A stretch of 64,000 bases of DNA, taken from Chlorokybus atmophyticus (Eukaryota > Plantae > Mesostigma and Chlorokybus algae). The notes beneath the pieces were generated by a model that saw nothing but the letters and a program-made list of their open reading frames with translations, was not told the DNA's origin and did no database searches. Position numbers and translations under genes: made by a program. Of this stretch, positions 13,389-23,700 are shown piece by piece; within the stretch, counting starts at the first letter, position 1; every line of letters begins with the position of its first letter. The stretch covers positions 432,158 through 496,157 of the forward strand of contig RHPI01001428.1 of assembly GCA_009103225.1 (NCBI GenBank), in the 5' to 3' direction.

Positions 13389-13608
13389 TATGCTACTAAT
13401 GTAGCATACTGTCTCTTATACACTCAGCGCAAGGGTGGTACATGCTGAGCACACGTCACGCAAACGTTTTGCGTGTGCTACTCCAAGCACATAACAGTGT
13501 GTTGCTTGCTTGTCACAACCTGCTACTGCATTAGCTTGAGGGTCTCTACGTCTAGTTGCGGTGGTGTTAGCACCACCACATCGTTGTTACTCACCGAGTA
13601 GGTGTAAC
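13389..13608. repeat. intergenic cluster of short hairpins
   Basis: TATGCTAC/GTAGCATA (13389-13408), CACGCAAA/TTTGCGTG (13457-13475), GGTGGTG/CACCACC (13560-13577), GTTA..CACC/GGTG.TAAC (13586-13608). Confidence 0.8.
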
Positions 13609-14867
13609 TCTGTCTTGGCCCCCACGTAATTATGTGTGCTGGCTGGCTGGCTGGCTTGCTTTGCTTGTGCATGGTTACCTTTGCTATACTGCTGAGTTTG
13701 CAACATGCAACTCTTGTGTGTTATATATGGCAGTAATGTGCAATATGGTTGCCTGCAAGTATTAGTTCGTTGCATGGATCCGGTTGGATTGCAACAACGG
13801 GAGTCACGGAAGCGCGAAGACTCAACATGTAGGCTTTTCTGAAGCCCAGATGCATTACCAATAGCAAAATAGCAGCTAATATAGCAAAGCACACATCTGT
13901 GCTTTTTTGAACAAGCACAGTAAGGACTTTATTATAACAGGGGCAATGCAAGGCTAAAGCTATGTACATTGTCTAAGTGCGTGCAAATGGGGCGGAAAGG
14001 CGTGAGGCAGCAGCAGGCAGTAGGCTAGCAACAACCAATCAACATGTTGCAAGCAGTGCTATGGTAAAGAGCGGTGGGAGCAGTGCAGAGCACGACATGG
14101 TCGGAGGAGCGCAGCAACAACAGGCAACGGCAGCAAGGCGTGTGAGTAGGATACGGTGCTGTGCGGTGCTATGTATATGTTGTACATCACCGTACCATTG
14201 CTGCACATCGCAATTTTATGGGGTTGATGCACGTGCGACAGCGTAAACGAAGAAACGCAAGCATGCTGATTATGACATGCACGACAACTTTGTGCGTGTT
14301 GATCAAAAACACACACGATACCGATAGCGTTGGGAGAGCCCTTAAAGGAACCAAGTTTCAATTTCGTGCAACTCTTCTTTTAAGACGCATCTTAGTTTTG
14401 AACATCTACAAGCATACATTAATGCTTGTATATCGAGCACATGATTACGAGATAACTTGATAATGTTTTTTTCAGGCCTGAAGACAGAGCGCAATACTAC
14501 TTTATTGGTTAAGGCTATAAACTTCACAGCTTTCACAACTGCATAATGGGTTTCATACATTATACACATTTATGTAATCACGCAGCATTAATCCCACACA
14601 TGTACGTCATCGCACTTTAAGTCTTGTGACCGTATGCCATAATTGTCTACATGCACATGCGAGCCTTGTAGTGAAGGCCGCTTGAATGTTAGTACCTACA
14701 AGTTTACTCTTTAAACTACAAGGTATGCAGGACTTCACTGTACCTTGTGATTCAATGACTTATACTTGCAGTCAGAGGGCTGAGCACTCGACCATGTGCT
14801 CGTTGAACAGTGCCAGGCACTGAGACACAGTCTGAGAAGGCACTGCCTAGCTCCTGCTATTCCGCAG

Positions 14868-17800
14868 ATGGCGGTGCCACGCGGCGCCCTGTGGCGGCTG
14901 CCGACAGCGGCGGCATGGTTGCTGCTGCTGGCTGAGGTTTTAGGGCCGCAGGCAGCCACAGCGGGCAAAGGCGAGTGCCCATGGAAGCTGGTTTGGAGCG
15001 ACGAGTTCGACGGGGACGCTCTTGACCTCAGCAAGTGGGACGTGGAGGTGAGGGGGAGGTAGTTAGTGGGCAGGAAATGTTATGCTTGACTGAATGCCCA
15101 GCTGATTTGTGACTGTGTATGATGTGCTCTTGTGTGCATGTCGCCATTGCTGCGGGCATAGTTGCACTCACCGCTGCATGATGCTCCCGTTGTAATACTG
15201 CCTTTCCAGTATGAGACTTGATGTTGATCATGTTGTCAGTTTGTTACTGTCGAGAAGAGAAGGATAAAAAGAAGCAGCAAGCCTACCATGGGTGGTGTGA
15301 ATTACAAGCACACCAACCTTGGTGTGCTTGTACTTCTCAGTATCTACAATTACAGACCAATGCACTACGCTATCTAGCAAAGCAAAACCGTCAACATATA
15401 TCAGTTACTGCTTCTTGGGGTTTGGCTACTGGGAAATATCTGCATTACGGCACTAAGCGTTTTGTGTTGCAACTGTAGAGTATTCTTGAATGTATGGGTT
15501 GACCTTGCGCAGGTGGATTGCCATGGAGGTGGAAATGGAGAGAAGCAGTGCTACACAGCCCGCAAGGAAAACCTGTACATAAGTAATGTAAGGTGTTCAG
15601 GTCATAGTTACACTTATACAAGCATGCTTACAACAACACTCTGTGACGCTTGTTGGTTGATGCATGCAGGGGAATCTGGTCCTCCATGCCATCAATGAGT
15701 TTTACACCGGTAGCCTGGCAGACTGCACAAGCAAAGACAAACAAGACTGCCTTGCAATTAGGTAAGAATCAGCTGTCACTTCTGTCTCAGCTTCTCACCC
15801 GCTTAACTTGGTGCTCGTCATCAAAGGCGGTACACGTCGGCACGGGTGCGCACGCTGCAGGGGGGAGCGGCGGCGTCCTCGTGGCTGCACGGGAGGGTGG
15901 CGGTGCGGGCGAGGGTGCCGTCGGGGCGCGGCCTCTGGCCCGCCATCTGGATGCTGCCCTCCGACTGGGAGTATGGCGGCTGGGCTGCCAGCGGGGAGGT
16001 TGATATACTTGAGATGAGGTTGGTGTGTGCGTGTGTTTCCGTGCACGTTCACGTGAATGTACATGAGTGTGCACGGCATGTGATCTTGCGCATGCCTGTT
16101 TTAAGTGTGGAATGGGAGTGTGAATGTTGGGTTGAGCGCAGGGGTCAGGAGGTGGACAGGGTTCAGGGGACAATATGGTATGGGGACCAATGGCCAAATC
16201 AAGAGGGAAGCGGCTCAGGACCCACGTCATTCCAGTGCATCACAGATTTCTCTCAGGTAAGCATAGCATTCACGCAGTGTCAATGCTCACAATGGTGTAT
16301 TTAACAACCAGACAGTCTCACCTGAGGGCTCTTACGACAGGACTTTCATGAGTTTGCGCTGGAGTGGGGTGAGAAGGAGCTTGTATGGTACGTGGATGGC
16401 GTGCCATACCACCGCGAGAGTCTCGACCGCTCATTCAACAACCCGCAAACAATGGTCGACCATTACAACGGCGCGAAGGCCGCTCCCTTCGACCGGCGCT
16501 TCCATCTGCTCGTCAACCTGGCCGTTGGTGGCAACTTCCTCATGGGTCCCGGCCCCTTTGATGCGTGGTCCTGGACCCGGCCCCGCCTCGAGGTGGACTG
16601 GGTCCGGGTCTACCAGCGTGAGGACCTTCGCGTGTCTGATCCCAACGAGCTCGAGTCCTGCTTCGGGTTTGATGCGGCTGCTGCGGGTGCTGTCGGAAAT
16701 GCTTCGCGTGCGGTGTGCCGTGCGAAGACAGATGCGACCACGCACGACCTTTGCAACGCCCTCCATTGGGCTTGCAATGAAGGTAAAAACAGTTGTGCCA
16801 GTGCGTGCGTGCAGTTGATCCAAGGTCACGGAGAATGTGACTACACAAGATAGCACATCATCCGTAGTGCATTCAAGTGCTTCATGATACCGCGTTTGCA
16901 GTGGCACGACTGCGGCATTGGGCTTGGTAATAGTAGCTTTTTTCTTTTTGCTCTCGCTCCTACCACTTTCTGGTAGCTTTTTACAACTGCGTTAGAGTCT
17001 TTGTGATCTTACCACTGCTACAGAGTTTCCGAATAGATCAGCTGATAATCAATTTTATTCTAGCCTTATCAGTCCAGCTGCGCACCTGCTGCTTATTGTG
17101 TCTCGCATGTTGCAGTGTACTGTTGAGTCGGTGACCATTAATGAAGTCGCTTTCGTCAGTGTTTGACAAGTACCTTGCACACAGGTGGCGTCTCGTGCGA
17201 TGCAGCGCAGTTGTCATGTGACGCAGCACATGTGCGGCCAAATGCAGACCGCGCGTTCGACATCTACTACAAAGGCCACAAGGAGCAAGGGCCTCACGGA
17301 TGCGAATTTGGCGGCGTCGCAGCGTTGTCTCAAGACACACTTCCCCCTGCCGATTGTGGTACGCAGAAAGGGTTAAGTAAGACTCGATAATCATGCGTTG
17401 CAATCCGTAAAGTTGAGGCATATAAATAACCGCTTGCGCACATGGCAGCCATTTGCCTCATACATGTGTCCCTTTTTACAATCGAAGGTCATGACTATCA
17501 TCTTGTGTATTCCTTTTGATTAACTTGCAGTTTGTGTTCAGCTCGCGGTCCCGGTTTACCAATTTACAGGCCGGACGCACCGTTTGCGTCTTGGAAGATA
17601 ATACTAATATCCGCGGCATCTGCATGCGTGGTGCTGGCGGCGGTCTGCGTGTGTGTTGCGTGGCGGCACAAGCGCGCGGCAGCACACCGCAAGCACGGCC
17701 ACAAGGCGCGCAAGGATGCTCATGCGCGCCACGGGCAGGTAGGTACGTACTTACAAGTCAGCCAACTCCTGGATGAGGAGAGACTCATTGATAGTAGCGA

Positions 17801-18378
17801 TTCTGCATGTATTTGTCATCAAGAAGCACAAATGTTGAGTTCACAAGTTGTGACATACAACCCTGGCTGCTGGTGCATAAGTTGTGAGCGAGCTTTTCTG
17901 ACAGGGGGCTCAAAGGGGGGATATACCGCTCTCGTTGAACGCGCTGGCCGTGATGCGAGCGTCGCCGACGAATGACGATTGGGACTCCGCTGCTGTTGAT
18001 GTTGAAGAGCAAAACGATAGCAACCAGCAACGTGACAAGAAGAAAGCGCACGCGGCGACAACCTCAGCGGGCGTGCAGTGGAAGGGCATGGAGATGGCGC
18101 GCGATCTGTATCCCAACCTGAGACCCCTCAATAGCAAGAGACAGAAGAAGAACGCAAAGACAGTCACCGAGAAGCGGCCATTGACGGGAGGGACGTCAAG
18201 CCCGGATGCATCGCCCACATCAAGCCCCTTTTCAGCAGCATCTTCTCCTTTGTCGTCTTCATCACCACACCGGGGTGCGAGTGTTGTGGCGAGCCTGCTG
18301 CAACGTGTGTTCACAGCAGAAGATAGGCGACAGCCGTACCTGGAACAAAATGACACAAAACCCGCTTCACCTTCTTAG
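14868..18378 (+). CDS. membrane-anchored beta-1,3-glucanase: signal peptide + GH16 (laminarinase-type) + X8/CBM43 + TM helix + cytosolic tail
   Basis: Hydrophobic N-terminus, then WKLVWSDEFDG, GGGNGEKQCY, GRGLWPAIWMLP, catalytic SGEVDILEM, FHEFALEW, APFDRRFHLLVNLAVGG and VDWVRVYQ. X8 motifs CRAK..ALHWAC and NADRAFDIYY...CEFGGVA. TM segment IILISAASACVVLAAVCVCVAW followed by RHKR. A Ser/Pro-rich last exon ends at 18378. Some small internal exons are unresolved. Confidence 0.85.
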
Positions 18379-19404
18379 GTGTATATTGCGATGACTGCGT
18401 CAAACTTGTCGTGGCAAGTGTTGAAGCAGTGTGCGCAAGCAGCTTGTGTCTTTTCCAACAAGTGACTTTGTTGTTCAGCAGACGCAGCAATGTGTGGTTG
18501 AGCGGTAGGCTGTCCGCTGAAAGTGTGTACCTGTGCATACCACAGAAGAAGTTGATGTTTCGTGATCTGCGATATGTCTTGTAAGGTCTAGTGACATGAG
18601 TAGCTATGTTGAACGTGTTCATAAAAGTTTGCCAGCTTCGCCTAACAAATGCGACTATGCTGTATGCATCGATGGCATTGTTCACAGTCTGCACTCACAG
18701 GCGGAACAGCAACAACACCTAGACAAATAGAGCTCAAGAGGGCAAGATGCGTGCATGTGAAAGCGAAGCAGTCCGCACAAGAACAGGCGAAGTACACAGC
18801 AGTGCACAATGGCAAAGCAACGAGACAAATGCAGGGAGCCAGAGCAGCGCTCAACAGAACTGCAAAGCTAGGTAGACCTAAGCTAATCCAATGCACAAGC
18901 AATAGGCACGCAGGCAGGCAGGCAGGGCAAGGCAACGAAGGACCAGGTGTACCACTTGCGCAGCAGAGGCGCGGGTGTCAGGGTCTTGTGGTCACCACAG
19001 CAGCAACCAAAGTCTAACACATTGACATGCAAGCGTTAAGCTGTCAGCGCAGCTACAATGCCTATCACACATGCATCACATACATCACGCACGGGCACCA
19101 CCCTACTCTACGCTAGTGCCACGTCTGCCTCGGTCGGGTGGGGCGTTCTGACCAGGACTCCTGGCGCCACTGATGTCCACCCCGGCATCGCCGCCACAAC
19201 CGCTCCTCGCTCCATAAGTGCCATGGCCTACGCTGCAACGCATAGGCGACTTGATGACGGGCTAGACGCACGAACCCCTCAAAGCAACAGACGACGGTGA
19301 CCAGGACGGCGACAACAATTGACTGAGCCACGCCGGCGACGGCCGCCGCCACACGTCCGCTGGCAGCGGCTACACAACAACCAGTCACAACGCCTGCAGC
19401 ATAC

Positions 19405-19457
19405 AGGGAGGTCTAGGCCCTAGACCTCCCTCTATGCCGTACACTATCGAATAGTGT
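19405..19457. repeat. two adjacent hairpins
   Basis: AGGGAGGTCTAGG-C-CCTAGACCTCCCT (19405-19431, 13-bp arms) and ACACTAT-CGA-ATAGTGT (19441-19457). Confidence 0.9.
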
Positions 19458-19559
19458 GGCGCATTGAGTAGGAACAACAAGTGAATTCTAGCCCTTTGGT
19501 GATGCGCTTAAGCGTGCTTGCATGTGGTTTGGTATGCGCTTGTGTGCGTAATGCATGCC

Positions 19560-19830
19560 TACAACTGCCTCGCGCTTATCCTGGACATATGTACATAGGC
19601 TTTCAAGAAGTAACGATGCAAAGGTACAACCACACGACCCACAAGCACAGAAACACTCAAGCGCACGCAGCAGGCAGGCAGGCAGAACTGTTGAGACAAG
19701 GGCAGGAGCTTGCTTAACTATGTGCTTTGCCTAGTGAGTGCGGTGTTGAAGGCGGTGAGGTGGGCAGGGAAGTTGCAGGGCAGTGTTGTAAGCAAAGGGC
19801 TAGCGACCAGACCTGAGCAACAGGGGGAGT
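19560..19830. repeat. diverged dispersed repeat, copy 1 (similar to 47500-47760)
   Basis: Colinear shared blocks: ACATAGGCTTTC.AG, ATGCAA(A)GGT..CAACCAC, CTATGTGCT, GAAGGCGG, CTAGC.A.CAGACCTGAGCAACA.GGG. Confidence 0.7.
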
Positions 19831-19905
19831 GAGAGGCCAGCGCCTTGGTTGGACTCACGGTAGACAAGCAGCACTAGGGCGAGGGGTGAGGGAAGGGGGG
19901 GGGCG

Positions 19906-20112
19906 NNNNNNNNNNNNNNNNNNNNNNNNNNNNNNNNNNNNNNNNNNNNNNNNNNNNNNNNNNNNNNNNNNNNNNNNNNNNNNNNNNNNNNNNNNNNNNN
20001 NNNNNNNNNNNNNNNNNNNNNNNNNNNNNNNNNNNNNNNNNNNNNNNNNNNNNNNNNNNNNNNNNNNNNNNNNNNNNNNNNNNNNNNNNNNNNNNNNNNN
20101 NNNNNNNNNNNN
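19906..20112. other. assembly gap (N run)
   Basis: 207 N, flanked by G runs. Confidence 0.99.
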
Positions 20113-20740
20113 GGGGGGGGGGGGGGGGGGGGGTATATGCGGCACTGTGCTTGTGCAAATGGCGCAGCTATGGTGGCCGCCACGCCTTATTCATCTTGTG
20201 CAAAATATTGCAGGGCCTGCCACGCTTTGAGATCATCATGCATAACACTCAAAGCACGTCGCAAACCCCAAAATAAATGGCAATAGGCAAGACAGGCAAG
20301 ACAAGCATGCAGTCATATGATTACATGGGGGCCAAGGCAGAGCTATGCACAGCTTACTTATATGCGGAGAAAGTGTTATATGCGATTCAGAGAACACGCA
20401 CTTGAAGTGCAACACATTTGTAAAAGAGAGCAAAGCTCATGTGCACAAACAGCTGCGACGACCTCGTTGTCGCAATGAAAGCAACATCCCGTCAGGATTA
20501 AGATATCTCTTATGATGTACAACCCAGCTCTAGTTATTGGTACTGTGCCCTGCTATCCTTGGCAAACTACCACAACCTTACCTGTCATCAAATATCACAC
20601 TGTTCCTACCAACCCAGTACAAACAACATCAACCGGGGGTTGGTTCACACCATCAGCAACAGGCACAGCTATCCGCTTGGCCTGGCAGGTTGGGCGATTC
20701 TGTAATTGGGGAGCATCTAGCATCACGACCAGGAAGCCAG

Positions 20741-23700
20741 CTAGCCAGTGTTGCGCATGTTGCTGGCGATGGCCTTGATAGATCTCAGCAGCGGCATTTC
20801 CCACTGTTGTCGCTCGGCCTCCTCTAGAGTCATGTCGCGACGCCTGCCCAGGAGGATGACCTGGATGTGGTTCAACGGGTCAAGGTAGCGGTTACGAGAG
20901 TCGAGGGACTGCTCAAGGGCAGGGTTGTCTTCGAGTAGACTGCTGAGCTGCGTAACCATCAGCAGCTGCGACTTGGTGCGGAGGTACTCCTCCTTCATGA
21001 GATCAAACACCAGCTGCTGCGTGATGCGGTCCTTGCAGAGGCGCGCATACTCGCGACAGATCTCCATGTCCGCCTTGTACAGGGACATCTGCACGTTGCT
21101 CAGGAAGTTGCGGAAGAAAGGCCAGTCGCGGTACATCTTCTGGAGCTCGAGGATGCGGTCCGGGTTGTTCTCGGTGTAGCCGAGGATGGCGCTACCCACG
21201 CCATACCACGCGGGGATAACTGCGCGACTCTGGGCCCAGCCAAAAACCCACGGGATAGCTCTCAGCGAAGACTTGTCGCGCACAGCAGCCTTTCTGCGGG
21301 CTGGACGGCTGCCGATGTTCATGAGGCCAATCTCCTCAACAACTGTTGCTTCATAGAAAAAGTCATAAAAGCCCTCTGTTTGGTCGGTAAGCTCTCGGTA
21401 CGCCTTCTCTCCAGCAGCGGCCATGTGCTTGAGAATCTCCATGTGCGCAGGGTTGTCCTCAGACAGCAACTGCGTCTGCTTCAAACTGGCCTTCAGCAGG
21501 GCAGTAACGCCTACAGTCAACTCATAGACGGCGGTCTCAGCATTGCCGTATCGGTAGGTGATGACTTCTCCCTGCTCAGTGAACTTGATGGTACCGTCCA
21601 CGCTGCCCGGGGGTTGACCCATGATGCTCTGATGCGTGGGTCCGGCGCCGCGACCAAACGTGCCGCCTCGACCATGGAAGATGCGGGGCCGCAGTCCCTC
21701 TTCTTTGCACAGTGCCATGATCACCTGCTGAGCCTGGTACAGGCTGGTGGCGCTGCTGATGATGCCGCCGTCTTTACATGAGTCTGAGTACCCAAGCATG
21801 ACCTCCTGTACATTACCCACAGCCGCAAGGTATTTGCGATATGTGCCGTTGTTCATCAACAGACGAAGGGCCCTGGGCATCGCCGCCAAGTCGGGGATGG
21901 TCTCGAAAAGTGGCGTCACATGGTATTGGGCGTAGAACGTGCCGTCCTCTCGCACACCCAGCAAGTTGCGTGCAACGAGCCAGGACAGGAACAGCACTTC
22001 CATGACATTGCTGGCCTGCTTGGTCATGGAGATGACATACGACGCAACCGCCTCTCGCCCGATAATCTCCAAGTTGTTACCGACGCTCACAAAGGTGTTG
22101 AGCACAAGCCTTGTGGACTCGCTGACGGATGCCAGGATCTGTTCCACGCGTTCGCGCGACAGAGGCGACATCTCAATCTGCTCAGCAAGCAATTCAAGGC
22201 GTTCATCATCTGACAAGTCAGCGTAATTGTCGCAGACGCCCAGCTGCTCAGAGCTCAACAACTCTGCAACAGCCTCGCTGTGTGTCGTGGACTCCTGCCT
22301 GATATCAAGCGCCATGAGATGGAAGCCGAAGGTCTCCCCGAGCCGCAGCAGATCATTGACCTTAGTGAGGGCAAGGCGATAGTTGTTATCTGCAATCAGG
22401 GATTCCCGGATGGCACGCAGGTCCCTAAGGAACTCTGAAACAGACTCGTATGCATTCTCTTTTGGGTCCAGACCGGGAATGTCATCAAGGTTGAACTCAA
22501 TGTCCACCAGAATGTCCTCCCGCGCAAAGGACTGCTGAGCCGCTATCAACTTCAGCTGGTTGTTCACAATGCGGATCATCTGCTCTAGCCGGTGTCGCAT
22601 CACGCGCAGCTTCTTGCGGTACGGCTCTGTGGCGAACAGATCCGGATCTTGTTGGAAGGCTGGGATATTCTTGATGATCTCCTCATCTCCTGACAAGCTA
22701 TCCATCAGGATGGAACTCACGGGGCTGATGAGGCTGGAGTGCGTGAGCACGTTTGTGGCTGCGCGCACGCGGCGGATGTACTCTGCAAGGATGAGACGGC
22801 TCTGTAGCAAGGCCGCAAGCTCGGTTGTTTCAGGTGTGACATACGGATTGCCGTCGCGATCTCCACCAATCCATGACCCAAACTGAATAAAGCTGGGCAC
22901 GGTGACAGGCACGCCGTTGTTCAGCGCCTTCAACTCTTCGCCATACACGCGCATGAGACTGCTATCAGCGTAGGCGTACGTTGTGCACACGGCATCGAAT
23001 AAACTGAGTCTGAAGTAGTTCAACCCCGTCTGGATCTCCTCAACAACTGTTGGCCGTCTGGACCGCATCTCATCTGTCTTCCACAGAATCTCAACCTCTC
23101 CTCTGATTGCCTCAACCACGCCCTGGCGTGCCACCTCGCTCAACCGAGGGTCTTCCCGCTTCTCGGTGAACTCAAATATGCGGTGCAGACACTGCAGTAT
23201 GACGCGACGCCTTGCTTCTGTTGGATGGGCTGTAAAGACTGGCATGTACTGCACGCCAAGGCAAGTAAGCAGACGCACCGAATGCTACCTGTGGCATATG
23301 TGTACCAATCAAGTGTGCGCTACTGATACAAATCAGTTGCATACCTCTGCTTTTCCAAACAGAGTCACAATATCTTCGGCCTTCACCCCCTTTGACTTCA
23401 TTCGGCGGTATGTGTCGTCAAAGGAAGCATACCAGAGCGGATCCGTAACATTGCTGTCGCGCACCTGTAGAGAGTTCTTGGTGTTAATCTATGCGCCTTA
23501 CAGCCAGCCAGCTGTTTGCCAACATAAATGCAAGGGTGCACTTGCAGAAAGTGTTCTCACCTGCTGCCTCCGCTTTCGATGCAAGTAGGACTCTTCAGCA
23601 ATGTTCAACAACGATGAATAGCAGTAGAACGAGCGCACCACGGCAGTGATCTGCAGATTATTAAAATAAACGTAAGGACATACAACAAACAAACCTGCAT

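Noticed and set aside
18642-19300. Small Cys-rich or other ORFs between GH16 and PEPC
   Set aside because: No recognisable motif or consistent splice model, and the region overlaps a dispersed repeat.
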